Positions 50,215 through 63,250 of a stretch of 64,000 nt of DNA are shown here, piece by piece. The notes beneath the pieces were generated by a model that was given only the letters and a program-made list of their open reading frames with translations, searched no databases and was not told the origin of the DNA. Numbering within the stretch: position 1 is the first letter of the stretch; every line of letters begins with the position of its first letter. The DNA lies in contig CAUYUJ010000198.1 of assembly GCA_963575745.1 (NCBI GenBank), positions 1 through 64,000 of the forward strand. Direction: 5' to 3'. The position numbers and the translations under genes were made by a program. Source of the DNA: Prorocentrum cordatum (taxonomy: Eukaryota).

Positions 50215-53200
50215 ACCTTGTTAGCTAACGGGGTGGTGGTGGCTGATCCTCAGGCTCTACTAGACGGGCAGGCTCGACAGTACTCTAGCTTGTGGTTGGC
50301 AAAGCCTGAACCCCGACACCCTCAGGAAACGTTTCAACCTCTGCCTCCCCTACCTCGGCTTTCTCCTGAAGAGCTTCGGGCTTGCAGTCGTGCAGTCGTA
50401 GGTTCCCAGCAGGCACGGCTACCTGGATCGACGGGTTCCATATGCGTCACTTCGCCTCGCTGTCGGATGCCTCGCTCGACCTGCCGTCCACGATTTACGC
50501 CGCTATGCACTCTAGCAGTCTCATACCTGTGCAAGCTGATGTCACGGTAATGTTTCTTGTCGGCCATCGGCCTCTTCTCCTCTATTTATCGTCTTTGGGG
50601 AAAGGGGAGGAGGTCGTACCCTCCGAGATGGGAAGATGCTAACAAGCGTCCTTATGTTGCTGCTGGGAAGTTCTCCTCGTCTTCCGGTGTGGTGTGGCGA
50701 CAGGCCGTGCGAGGGGAGGTCGCGGTGCAGGAGGGGAAGGTTTCGGCCATTCTACTTTGGGATCTTTTCAAGTGCTTCGAAACGATTAGCCTCGACCTCC
50801 TCCTCCACAGGTGTGTTTAGTATGGCTTTGATCTGACGGTTGCTCGATTGGTGGTAGGCATGTACAGCAATGCCCGTTTCATAACGATGGGCCAGATTGT
50901 CAAAGGCCCTTTCTATGTTCTGGATGGCATTGTGAAGGCTGCCCGTTCGCGGCGACGATGGTTCGGATTTTTTATCATCGGCCCGCTCGAATCGACGTGT
51001 ATCCCGCGAGCCGTCTCGCTCGACGTATATATCGACGACTATGGGTTAACGGCAGTAGGCACATACTCCGAAGTCATCTTTGACCTGTCGGAGGCGGCCA
51101 CCTTTGCATGCTGCAATGGTTGACGACTTGGGTGGCTGTATTTCTCACGAGAAAGCCAACCTGGTGTCCTCTCACCGTCATGCAGCACTTGCTCTCCGCA
51201 AGAAGCCGGGAGCATTGTCTGGCAAGCGAATCAATTCTTCTGAAGCCAACCTTGGGATCGACTATACCTCTGGACGGCCCCGTCGGGCCCCTAGGCGCTC
51301 CACAGTTTTTCAGGTTCGGGTGCTCACGCTGAAGCACAAGACCAACACGGCTGCAAACTATACGGCAGGCTTTAGGTAGGCACTCCAGGAAGCTGTTCAT
51401 CACGGGCCCTCTGCCAGGGTACTATTATGGGTGTGAAGTCCATGGGATCTAGGATAGTGAATGGGGGCTTGCTCGCCGTGCTTATGGTCGCTGTATCAGG
51501 CCCAAGGCTGGATCCCGCTCGCTCACCTCAGCCGTGGTGCTCGACAAGGACCCCACTTTCCATGGGCCCAGAACCCCCCATCCTGAGGTACTCCCAGGAG
51601 TTCAGGGGCACCCACATGCGTACTTTTGATTTCACGCTGCCCTGGCAAGAACTCCACTCGTCTTGGGAAGCCGTTTTCTTAAATCCTGGGCCTGGCACCT
51701 GGAAGCGGGTCAGGGGCCCCATCCGTGCCATGAAGCTCAGCCTGCGCAGGATAGGGTGGACGATGCCGAGCTTCACGGTGATGCGAGAACAGTTCGAGAC
51801 AGACTTGCCGCTCAGGTTGGTAAGCCCAGCTCTTTTGAAGCGTCAATTGCGGCTTGCTGTTCTGCACCAGCATGAGCGTCGTGATGGTGCTAAGATCCCC
51901 TCCTCGCTCCAGCAGCCAATTGGAGTTTGCCATGACGAGGTTTACGCTATGCTGCAGTCTTCCATATTCACGGCCTACAGAAAGAAGGTTCAATCGGAGC
52001 GGCTATGGCGTGTTCCACTGTGTGGAGTAAAACTCGAGCTCGAACTGCTGGGTATCAGCTAGGCGATGTTCTTTGTGAGCTGTGTGTCAGTGCTGGCGAC
52101 ACCGTCCTCCATCGTCCATGGCACTGCCCATCATGCCATGATGTACGAAATGACATCTTTGGTAGAAATACTTGTCTGGTCCCACCCCCCGACCTCACCG
52201 ACGAACGCGATCCTGAGGAATGTCTCCGGTATGCCAGTGGGTTATATGTGCATCCAGGCGGCTAGATCCCTCGCCCTGCTCTTGCAATTGATGGCCCAGG
52301 TTCTGGATTTCATGCCTCTTGGGCTGGGGACCCCGCCAACACCGACACCATCCTCAGCGGTAGGCTCTATGTTGGTGGCTCCTGTTTTAGCAGTGGTTCC
52401 CCAGAGCTCTCCAGGGCGGGGTGGTCGGTGGTCAGCGTCTCAGAATCAGGCAGGGTGCAGTGTGTTATGTCTGCCCCCTCCTCGCGCACTTCCCCCACCC
52501 CCCTCAGGCTGCTGCATTTGCGGCCTATTGTATGGCGTCTCAGTGTGGTGACACTAGCAATCACATTTTCAGCGACTATCTGAAAGTGGTCAACGCCGCT
52601 CTCGACCCCATCCCCTCTCGCCTGTCTGTTCGCCGCCCCTATGCTGGTTTCATGCTCCAGGCCCTGGGGCCCATAGCCAATTCTGTCAGTAAGGTCAAGG
52701 GCCATGTGCCAGAGAGCCCCGACCTGCCTCCAGAGGCTCGGGCCCACAAGCTTGGTAATGCTAAAACTGATCAGGCTGCCCGCCTTGCCGCCCAGAGACA
52801 CCCGTCTCCAGCGATCGCCGAGGCTGAGCGTGCGGCCCGTGCGACGCGGCTTTCCCGCGCTGTGTGCAAGCTGTCAGCTCGTGTCATGTCGCTCTGGCCC
52901 AAGTTGGACCTTTCCCCAAGGCCCCTGGACCCCCCCCCCTGCTCCCAAACCTCCTCCTCTGCCCATCCCACGACTGGCACTGGGAAGGTCGGTTTTGGAT
53001 GTGTGCGTTTTGTGTTCGGTCTGCCCGTGGCTCCCCCAAGCCCCCTCCTGGACGCTGCAGCGGCGCTTCCTCTATTAAATGTTTAACTGGCCAAAGTCTG
53101 ATCGACCACGGGTACCGATCGATCTTCTTTGATGTAAATGACGGCGCTGGCATCCTTGTCTCCTGCACCCGTTGCGGCTACTACACAAGTGGTGGCCAAG

Positions 53201-53350
53201 TCAGGAACCTTCGCAAGATGTGTGTCGGACCGCCCGACCCTGTTGCTAGAGGCGACCATGGTAGACACTACGCATGGTCACAAATAGTGAAGGGGGGGCA
53301 CCCCAACAATGGCGCCCCTTTGCAATCTGGGCCGCTGGTGGATGACTCCG
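50215..53350 (+). mobile_element. 5'-truncated, decayed non-LTR retrotransposon with RT, Cys/His finger and RNase H
   Basis: RT motifs: IDGFHMRHF, IGLFSSIYRLW, LLWDLFKCFETI, LDVYIDDY (51028-51039). Finger: CELC..GDTVLHRPWHC. RNase H-like: LYVGGS..RAGWSVV, IFSDYLKVV, KVKGH..GNAKTDQAA. C-terminal CxxC pairs. Many frameshifts. Confidence 0.85.
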
Positions 53351-55446
53351 CCTATTCTGGGACGGCCCTTTTTGTTTTGCTATTCCTTCGGGTGGTTGCG
53401 GTGGCCCCGCCCTCCTCCTGGCACTGGAAGGCGGTGCTGGGCCCTTGTGGCTCCTGCAGCTGTTTCATGCACAATGCTGTCTCATCCAGGTGGCCTGCAC
53501 TCTTCGGCGGTTGATGTTGAACACCTTTCTCCTCCTCCCCTTCCTCCATTCGGAGGGCCCCTTCCCCCTCATTCCCCCTGCCCCCATTCTTCCCTTTCCC
53601 CTTCTCGTACTCCTGGTCGCCCCAATGTTCCAAACCACGAGATTGTGGTGGTGCCCGCGCTCGTGCTCGCTGTCCTCCTCCTTTCTCACCCTCTCTGCCT
53701 CCATCCTCCTCCACCCCCTCCTCCTCCATCCCTTTTCTCCTCCGCCTCCTCCTCGTTCTTCTATTCCCTTTCCTCCATCCCTCGTCCTCCTCACCCTCCT
53801 CTTCTCCCATCCTCCTCCATCCTCCGCCTTCCCTCCTCCCCGTATGGACGCAATGGGCACACACGACAAGAACTCTTTCCGTAAAGAACCCTGGAATGCG
53901 TTTCGCGTCGATAGGTGAGCATCTTTCAGTACCTGAAAGCTCCTGTGCACTTCTTTTCCCTCCCAAGCTCCCCGTCCTCCCTCCCCTCCTCCTCCATCCC
54001 CCCCTTCTCCATCCCTTGTCCTTGTGTTGTATATAGATGTGTGTATATATATATATATGTATATGTCTTCCTTCTCGTGTGGCCACCAGGCGTGTCGGTA
54101 GAGCGGGCCAGGCGTTTCGCCTGAGACTCCCTCACAAGGTCTGCTTCTGAATCTGAAAACTTCCAATGGCTGCAAGGGTGGAGGTCGGGTCGTTTTCAAA
54201 ATGGAACTCTCGCCTCCGCGTCGCGATCATGCGTCCCTAAAGCTCGCGACACTTGTAAAGATGGAGGTTGTTCTCTTGGGCGGGGACCACGCACATACGT
54301 CTGAAAGTTTGCAATGACGGAGGGCGGGTCATCTCCAAATGGGATCTCTCGCCTCAACGCCGCGCAATTTAATTTGAAACGTTCGCAAAGGTTGCCTGGA
54401 CGGCGAACACATCTTTTGCAAAACGGTGCGGTCGCTTGCGATTTCCTCGAACCAGAAAACTAGAAGCTGGACCATGATGCTACAGCTGCAGGGATAGATG
54501 TCGGCTCATTTTCCACATGGGGCCCTCGCTCAATGAATCCTCGACGCCAGCGACCAGACTGCACACTTATGCAGCTGTTGCACTGATGGGGGGCGGTTCG
54601 TATTATATAACCACGGGGATATCGCTGGACACCGCGTCTGACTGTATGATTGAACTCGTCGCAAGCCGTACGATATGCTCGACATGGAGGGCCCCCCCTT
54701 TCACAGGGGACTCTCGCCGAATGGTAAGCCCATCGGGTGCTGCTTGTTTCGAGAGCACTTCCTGCAACGAGAAAGACGGCTGTAAGGACAAATGCGAAGG
54801 GAACTTACACGGGAGGGTGTACTGCAACATCGTTGATGCAACGTGGGTTTGCGTTGGTCCTCCATCCTCCTTTTCCTTCTTCCCCTTACTCTCCCTCCTC
54901 CTCCGTTTTTCGTTTCTTCTCCCCCTCCCCCCTCCCCCCTCCTCCACCCCCTTCGTCTACGAACAAGGAAGGGCGACACCACCACCGCCAGCGCGGGGAA
55001 CCGGGAAGGGTCCTCCTGGTGGTGTGCCCCTCCCCCCCCGTCCCGCTCGAGGCATCCCCCATCCCAGCTCGGGGAGGCATCGTGGTCCTCCTCGCTGGAG
55101 GTGGATCCTCTGGTGGTGGTGGTATCGCTTCTCCTTCCTCTGGTCCCTCCTTTTCCTTGGGGCGCCGCAACAGACTGTTGCCTGTGGGCGTTCGCCGGCA
55201 GGCCGGCGAACGCTCACACATGAACCATTTGACGTGGGCTCCGTCATAGCGACTCAGCCCGGGCCGAGGGCCGAGGGGTCGCCCACAAGGGTGCGACTTT
55301 GTCCCGGCGTCGGACTGGACTCTCACGGGGATATCCCTGTTCTCCTCTTCCGCCCCTCCCACGCTTCCGATCGCCGAGCCCGCCCCCCTGCCCCAGAAAG
55401 AGAGGCGCGCCGCCGGCGGCGCCCCTATAGGAAGGGGGGGGCGCTC

Positions 55447-55500
55447 CTCCGTCAGCGGGGGCTCCATGCTGGCCATGCTCAGGCGCAGAAGCCACTGGTC
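55447..55500 (-). CDS. LRR gene exon A: DQWLLRLSMASMEPPLTE
   Basis: gcgcag|GAC acceptor, GAG|ga donor in phase 0. Joined to exon B it gives LRLSMASMEPPLTEDGM, a degenerate LRR (LxLxx..LtdeG). Confidence 0.65.
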
Positions 55501-55946
55501 CTGCGCGCGCGCCCGATCGGGGGAAGAGGGGGGGAAGAAAAGACCTCAGCGGGCGAAGAACGGCACAAGAGAAACTGCCCCGCGATGGGGGGCGCCGGTC
55601 GCAGGGCTGCTGGACACTCGACACGCCCACCTGACACCGAAGGGGTCGAGACTGCGAGCCGCCCTGGGACAGGCGCCCACGATCGCGGGGAAGTTCCTTG
55701 CAAGCCGATCCTCGTCCGCGAAGAGGAGGGAGAACAGGGATGGGGGATGGGCAAGATTAGTCCACGCCGAATTCGAAAACCTGGGCGAATCGAACAAAGG
55801 GCGCCAGATCGGGTCTCACCGGCACAAGGTCGAAGTCGGGTCGGGCCGGCCGCACAAGGATGCGCAACGGCACCACGCAAACATCGGGCCGCGACGGATC
55901 GCCAAGGTTTCGGACTCGAACCGGATCAGGGAAACAACTGCCGATA

Positions 55947-56122
55947 CAGTCGAGGCGTTTACCTAAGGAACCCTAAATCAGGAACGAGGCCCCTATTCTC
56001 CATAAGTTAAACTTCGATTTCGCATCGAAAACCTAAGGAACATCTAAGGCAAGCTGCGAAACACTTAAGGAACACGGAGCCCCTCCCCAACGAAAAGGGT
56101 TCCTTCTTCAGGGCCCCGACTG
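55947..56122. mobile_element. 176-bp Tc1/mariner-type MITE
   Basis: TA|CAGTCGAGG...CCCCGACTG|TA, with internal ggaacgaggcccct and taaggaacacggagccc blocks shared with the other copies. Confidence 0.88.
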
Positions 56123-57769
56123 TACTCCACGGACCTTTCCTGGAGTGCGTTCCAGTTCTGACCAGACTTGCAAGAGGAGTCCGGCTGTGGCGACGTGGAC
56201 TCTCCAGGACGAGCAGCGGCATCGGCACCTTCTTCTGGCCGCCCGCACAAAAGGGGCAGGGGGAGGGGGGAAGGCTTCTTAGAAGGAGGCTGCCTCTTAG
56301 AAGGCGCTGGGCCCACATCTGCAGACAAGGCCCGCGCCTTCTGAGAAGCAGGGGTGCTTCGAAGCAGCCTTCCATCCTCCACGTGTCGCCCCCCCCCCCC
56401 CCCCGCGCGTGGCTGACTGTCCTCTCCTTAGGATCGGGCCCATCAGAATCGATGTGATTAGCATGGGGGAGACGTGTCCTGAGGGAAACGGGGCGTTTCT
56501 TTCCTCTTGAGTCGTTCCCTGACGGTCCTGGGGCCCGTGGAGGGCCCCGAGAGCCTGAGAACAGCGAAAACCTCGGGACCCGTTTCCCTCCGGACCCGTT
56601 TCCCCTATGGCGAACCCTCTTAGGAGCTCGTGACGACGACGACGACGACGACGACCACGACGACGACGACGACGACGGTGACGACGACATCGACGACCAC
56701 GACGACGACGACAACGACGACGAAGACGCCAGCGTGGCTCGCCAGGGCGCGAGGCGGGGAAACCCGACAAGGTCAAGGGCCTCTCGAAGGGACCTGGACC
56801 GCTTCTTGGCGAGACCCGCGCGCTCCCCCCCCCCCCAGAAAAAAAAGCGTCGACCACGACATCCCCAGCCTGGGGGTTCTCACGTCAGCCGAAACGTCGG
56901 CCCGCGCCCCAGCCACTCTGGGCGCAGGTGTGCAGAATGAGGGCGAGGAGGGAGGACGAGCAGGGAAGAGGAGGAGGGAAGAGGAGGGAAGAGGAGGAGG
57001 AGGAGGAGGAGGAGGAGGAGGAGGAGGAGGAGGAGGAGGAGGAGGAGGAGGAGGAGGAGGAAGAGGAGGACGAAGAGAAGGAGGTGGGAGGACCAGGAGG
57101 AGGGAGGAGTAGGAGAAGGGAGGAGGACGACGAGCAGGAGGAGGAGGAGGGAGGACCAGGAGGAGGAGGAGGGAGGAGAAGGGAGGAGGGAGGATGAGGG
57201 GGGAGGAAGGAGGAGGCAGGAGGAGGGAGGAGGAGGAAGGGGAGGAGGACGTGGCAATGCTTTGCTCTCGCCTCTCCCACCGCTCACGGCTTGCCGCTGG
57301 CGGGCACCTGGAGGTGGCCAGGGGGGGTCGGCCCCTCGACGAGCGAACACGGCCGCAGGGAGGGGTCCCAGCGTGCCTCCGCCTTGCCGGCACGTTGGCA
57401 CGACGGCGTCGATCGAAGAAGAAACCTTTGCACAAACGTAACCGCTCGGAGGTCCGCGCGGGGTTCACGAATCGGCGCTGGGGCGGCGCCGGGGCGGCGC
57501 CGTCAGGGGGGGCCCAGCGCCGATCCGAGCACTCCGCGCGGAGCTCCGAGAGCTTCTATTTATGCCGCTCTTGCTCCGACGATTTTGAGGGTCAACGACA
57601 AGGGGGGAACTGGCACAGGAATGGAACCTCGACTCGGAATCGGCGATACGTCGCCGATCGATCGGCGATGGACCCCCGACCGCAAATCCCTACGCTCCTG
57701 GGCGGGGTGGGGCTCTCAGACCCCTATTGGCGATCAGTGGGCGATGGGGGGTCGGTGCATCTCCCACTG

Positions 57770-57947
57770 CAGTCGGGGCGCTGACATAAGGAACCCTAAA
57801 TAAGGAACGAGGCCCCTTTTGTCCAGAAGTTGAACTTCGATTTCCCATCGAATAAACCTCGGGAAAACGTGAGGCAAGCTGTGAAACAAGTAAGGAACAC
57901 GGAGCCCCCCCCTGACGACAAGAGTTCCTTCTCCGGCGCCCCGACTG
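57770..57947. mobile_element. 178-bp Tc1/mariner-type MITE
   Basis: TG|CAGTCGGGG...CCCCGACTG|TA, same family as 55947-56122. Confidence 0.85.
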
Positions 57948-58212
57948 TATGCGCGTCCCCCCCCTATCCTTAGCCCTGAGGTGTCCCCCCACCGGGGGAT
58001 CGGGCCAGCCAGAATCGATGTCGAGTCGGATCGATCGGATCGGAGCGGGCCCCGGCGGGGCCGAAGGAGGGCAAGGGGGCAGCCCGAGGCGCGCGCCACG
58101 GCGTCCCGGCGGCCTCCCGCCTCCCAGGTGCCCTCGCGTGCAGGGTCTGCCACCGCTGCCGCAGCCCGTGCTGCTCGGCGGCGGAGGGGGAGAAAGTGCA
58201 GAGGCCTTCTAT

Positions 58213-59165
58213 GAAGGGGCCCTGGGACACACAAATAAATACACACAAATAAAATTATTCCCCATATTTTCCCATATTTTCTGGGTTTTTGTCTTCCCGC
58301 CCAATTCCCATATTTTCCCATATTTTCCTGGGACTCGACGATTAATTGTGTCTGTGTGTTTCTTTCCCTCCTGATTCTAGACGGGGTCCGAGTAGACGGG
58401 GTCGGAGGATCGCACCACATCGCTGATGTATCGGCAATGCATGGGCGACGCCGGCGTGGAGACAGGGAGGCGAGGAGGCTTTGGGGGAAGTGAGAGGGGG
58501 CGGGCCTTCTCAGAAGGCTCGGAAGGCCTCCGGCCCCTTCTGACAAGTTTTCTGAGCCTTCCCTGAAGACGCAGAGAACTTCTCAGGAGACCGAAGGGCT
58601 GCCGAGAAGCCCCGCCGCCTTCTTCGGGCCGGGCGAAAGGGGGGGATACCAAAGGGGGGGTTTGAGAATCAGCTCGCGTAGCTAATTTTCCTGGCGCCTC
58701 CCGGGGCCGGGAGCGCCGGGAGGCGCCCATGTGTCGAGGAATGGGCCCGGCGGCGGGGGCGGAACCAGCTGCATGCAGCAGATTTCGTAACACCCCTTTC
58801 CCTATCCCCCCCTTTCGTTCGGCCCGACTTCTGCAAAAGCGGACGGGGGGAGACGAGAAGTTAGGAGGAAACTGCAGGAAGGTCGTCGTAAGAATTACCG
58901 AAAGCTGGCAAGCCCGATGGACGGGCCATTGAGCCGGATCGGCCCGGCCTGGGCCCAGGGCTAAGCAAGAATCAGCGGGTTTTCGCCCGATTACAAGGAA
59001 TTATTGAAGGGGCCCTGGGACGCACAAATATATACACACAAGTAACACGATTCACAATATGTTTCATTTCTTTCTTATTTTTCGTCTTACCTCCCCTTCC
59101 CATATTTTTGTATATGTTCCTGGGAATCGACGATTCATTGTGTCTGTGTGTTTTTTCCCTCCTGA
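58213..59165 (+). repeat. Direct repeat (~58213-58375 / ~59006-59165), with a related copy at ~17500-17660
   Basis: gaaggggccctgggac.cacaaata.atacacaca...cctggga.tcgacgatt.attgtgtctgtgtgttt..ttccctcctga. Confidence 0.8.
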
Positions 59166-60678
59166 ATTATGCCGGATTGGCCAGGTTGCCGATCGCGGAT
59201 ACACCAGCGCGTGCCAGACTTTACGGTGGGGGCATTGGACAAGAAGCCGTTCGGTAAGGAAGCCATGGACTGGAAGCTGGTGGAATTCCAATCGTGGATC
59301 GGACAAGGACTCAGACATCGGGCCGCTCCAAAATTTTCGATGTGCGGGCCCCGGAGGTCCGGACCACTTCCCTTGGACCGGGTTTTCGTCCTGAGTCGTT
59401 TTTTGACGCTCCCGAGGACCGGCGAGGGCCCCCAGAGACCGAAAACTGCCCAAACCCCGCCGCTCCAGTTTTTGTTGGAGCGGATCTCTACTATGGCACA
59501 GCCGCCCTCATCAGATAAGGAAGCCTCCCAGGAGCTCTGCATCCTCAAGGGGAAGCCACGGCGCATGCAGACGAGCGCGCGCGCCGGCGGGGAGGCCGGG
59601 GCCGAGACAGGCCGGGCCCGGAGCTCCATGCGAGGCGGGGCTTGATCCAGATCCACCGCCTGGGAACCGACGTCCGGTGCCCCCAGCGGGCGGTGGATAT
59701 GGATATATCTTGGCTCCGCGGGGCCGAATGCACGCAGATCCACCGCCTGTGGCGGTGCGCGAAGATCGAACCCCCAGGCGGTGGCTGTGGATACGGTTTT
59801 TTTCACGCCCGCCGCGGACCCCACCACCGCCGCCACGGGATCGCCGCAGGGCCCGGCGAGGGACCTGGGAGGCCGAAGATGGGCCCCAACTCTGGGGCTT
59901 TCCGATTTCGCTCTGCTTTCGTTCCACGGCCGTAGAAGAGAGCACAAGTGTTTTTCCTTGTTCGTTCTGTGCTCGTTGTCCCTCGTTTTGTCTCCGATCC
60001 GCCAATGCTGCAAAACGAAGTCGAAACGAAAACGGCTCCCGAAATCGCCAGAATACCGTTTAGGTCGAGCCCTGGGCCCAAACTCGTCAGCCGTGATTGT
60101 TCCGTGACGCGAGGGGGCCCAGGGGGCCGCAGTTGACGAGAGGAAGCAAAACCTGCACAGATAGAACCTTTCGGAGCTCCGCGCAAATGGCTCGGATCGG
60201 CGCTGGGCCCCCCTGGCGGCGCTTCCGGCGCCGCGCCTGGCGCGCTCCGCGCGCTAGGGGTCCAGCGCCGATTCGTGAACCCCGCGCGGACCTCCGAACG
60301 GTTACGTTTGTGCAACGGTTTCTTCTTCGATCGACGCTGTCGTGCCAACGTGCCGGCAAGGCGGAGGCACACTGGGACCCCTACCTGCGGCCGTGTTCGC
60401 TCGTCGAGGGGCCCCAGGGGGTGTCCCCGGCCACCTCCAGGTGCCTGCCGGCGGCAAGCCGTCCTCCCTCCTCCTGCCTGCTCCTCCCCCCTCCTCCCCC
60501 CTCATCCTCCCTCCTCCTCCGTTCTCCTCCCTCCTCCTCCTGATCCTCTCTCCTCCTCCTGCTCGTCGTCCTCCTCCCTTCTTCTTCTTCTTCTTCTTCT
60601 TCGATAGCATGCCGCCACCGGTCCGGCCGGCGCGGGTTTCTCCCAGCAGACTGGGAGAAACTTATTAAACGGATTTTT

Positions 60679-61371
60679 CCCTACCTAGGCTCTGCCTAGA
60701 AGGGTTCTTACTCTCTAGCTTAAAGGGGCCAGGCAGTGGAAAGCGCCCCGGGCGGTTCCCCCAGTCCCCGCCCCGCGGTTCCCCCAGTCCCCTGGGAGCT
60801 TTAGCTTTAGCTTTAGCTTAGCTTTAGCTTAGCTGCAGCTTCGCTTTAGTTTAGCTGTAGCTTAGCTTTAGCTTCAGATTGAGCTCAGCTTTAGCTTAGC
60901 TTTAGCTTAGCTTTAGCTTAGCTTCAGCTTAGCTTCAGCTTAGCTTCAGCTTAGCTTCAGCTTAGCTTCAGCTTAGCCTCAGCTTAGCTTTAGCTTAGCT
61001 TTAGCTTAGCTTTAGCTTAGCTTTGGCTTAGTTTTAGCTTAGCTTTAGATTAGCTTTAGCTTAGCTTGAGCTTAGCTTCAGCTTAGCTTCAGCTTAGCTT
61101 TAGCTTAGTTTCAGTTTAGCTTCAGCTTAGCTTTAGCTTAGCTTTAGCTTAGCTTTAGATTAGCGTTTGCTTAGCTTTAGCTTAGCTCGAGCTTAGCTTT
61201 AGCTTAGCTTAGGCTTAGTTTTAACTTAGCTTTAACTTAGCTTTAGCTTAGTTTCAGCTTAGCTTTAGGTTAGCTTTAGCTTAGCTTCAGCTTAACTTTA
61301 GCTTATCTTTAGCTTAGCTTTGCTGTTGCTACTAATGCTGCTTTCCTAGGGGCTCAAACTCCTAGGTAGGG
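60679..61371. repeat. 11-bp (TTAGC TTYAGC)n satellite (~60798-61320) bracketed by an 11-bp inverted repeat
   Basis: About 45 agcttagcttt/c units. ccctacctagg at 60679-60689 and cctaggtaggg at 61361-61371. Confidence 0.85.
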
Positions 61372-62159
61372 TCGCACTGGGATAATATAAGCCTGGCCCG
61401 ACGGTCTGCCAGCGACTCAGCGAGCCCCGAAGCCTGCCACGGCAGGACTGACGGGGTTATCGCTGGACGCCCGTCGGGGGCGCGCTCTCTTGCCAGGTCC
61501 CCCCAGGGTCGAAGGACTCCGTTGGACCGATGAAAGGGGGCGGGGGGAGGGAGGGAGGAGGGAGGGGGGGGGGCAGGGGAGGGGAAGAAGAGGGGGGAGG
61601 GCGAGGGAGGGCAGGGGGGGAGGGGGGGCAGAAAGACGGCGACGACGATCCCGACGAAGGCGGCACCGGCGACGACGACGACAGCGGCGGCGACGGCAAC
61701 GACGGCGGCGACGACACCGACGACGACGCCAGCCCCACCCCGGGGCCGCCCCCCCCCCGGCCCCCAGGATCGCGCCCACGGCCCGCCCGGCCAGGGCCGC
61801 CGAGGCCTGTGACATAAGAGATCTTGTGTCACCAGCGCCCCGCGCCCCCAGCCCGCGCCCCCGGAGCCCCTCCAGCAGGGGCCGTAAGAGCGGGTGATAC
61901 GAAGACCCCCGCCCCACGCCCCCCGCCGGCGAAGTCCCGGTGCCATGTCGGAAGCCGAACGCGCTATCTCGGGGGACGTCCGGGCCGCCGGGGTCACCCA
62001 CCAAGGCCGCCCCGGGGCCGCACGGCCGCCCCCGGGGCCCCCGGAGCCGCCCCGGGGCCCCCCGATCACGAACCCCAGGGTTGTGATCGTGAGGCTCCCG
62101 TGCGTTCCGGGGCCCCCAGGCGCGCGCAAATCTACCACCAGGGCCGCCTTGGGGCCACC

Positions 62160-63250
62160 TCAGAGGTCGTCGAGGGCCTCTGCAGAATGGGTGATCCTGA
62201 ACGGCATATGGGGTCCTTCGACCCACGGGCGCCCGCCTTGCCTCCGTGGTCTGGCCGCGAGCCGCGCCGCTACGGTCACCCCCGTCAGGACGTCGGCGTC
62301 CTGGGCGCAGCGCTGCGCAAGCGCTGCGGCTGGCGTGCCCTCCCAGGCTGCCCCTGCTGCGGCGTCCCGCGCTGCCTGCGCAGCGTTGCGGCACTGTGGG
62401 AGGTGCTGGACGTCAAGCTCCACGCCGTCGCACCACGGACAGGCTGCCTCCGCCGCGCCGCCCCTGCTGGAGGTGAAGCGCTCTTGGAGGCGCCACTGCG
62501 CCCAGGGCCGGATGGCGCGACAGGTCAGGCGGAACTCTGCCGCATCCGCCGCGACCCCTAGCCCTCTGTCCGGGTACCGGGTGCGCTCGGCGGCCACCCA
62601 GAGATCTTCACGCCGCTGCAGCTGTGGGTCGACCTCCTCCACGAGGTAACGCCGGATGAGCCTCTTGCGCGCCTCCCGGCCGAGCGCCTCGGGGGGCGCA
62701 GCGGCCGCCGCCTCCACCCACTCCCGGAACGGTCGCACGTTCAGGCCGCCGGCGTGGTGCTGCATGGCCGCTGTCCAGGTGGTCTGGGATTGTCCCGCAA
62801 GGCGCAGCACGCGCGGCGGGAGGGCGGACTGGGGCATGGCCTGGACCCTGGCCCAGAGACCGAACGCTTGTCGCAGCGTGGTCGTGCTGAGTCTCCACGG
62901 CGTCCCGATCTCGCGGAGGAGGCAGACCCGGGGGGCCGGTTGGGTCAAGTCCAGGAGCTCAGAGACCCATCGGTCGTAGATGGCGCCCAGGCGAGTCGCC
63001 CAGTCGCCGCGGATCACCAAGAGGGCGGCTCCGTGGCAGGCGCCCGGTTGCACGCGGGCCTGCAGTGCTGCGAGCGCCGCCGCCAGGGGGAGGCCGAGCA
63101 GCTCAATGCCCGCGAGGGTGCCGCGCCAGGCCCTCTGCGCCCGCTGCTCAACTTGCTTCAGCAGGCCAGTCATGGTCGCGTCAGGCTCTACGGGGATGCC
63201 CAAGGACGCGTGGAGGTCAACGAAGGCAATGTCATTGAGCGGCCGTCGGT
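62160..63250 (-). mobile_element. 3' fragment of a non-LTR retrotransposon ORF2
   Basis: Open frame with post-RT thumb-like SLGIPVEPDATM..QRAQRAW, LLREIG and the C-terminal finger CPWCDGVELDVQHLPQC. No RT core is present. Confidence 0.6.

Larger units (their letters stand above)
57115..60585. repeat. Large inverted repeat, ~450-bp arms (57115-57565 / 60150-60585)
   Basis: gcacctggaggtggcc...cccctcgacgagcgaacacggccgcagg...gatcgaagaagaaacc.ttgcacaaacgtaaccg.tcggaggtccgcgcggggttcacgaatcggcgctgg is present on opposite strands. Confidence 0.9.

Noticed and set aside
54517..56010. 497-aa plus-strand ORF
   Set aside because: It crosses low-complexity tracts and a MITE, lies antisense to exon A, and has no recognisable domain.
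60798..61320. Interstitial telomere
   Set aside because: The unit is TTAGC/TTTAGC with no GGG, not TTTAGGG.
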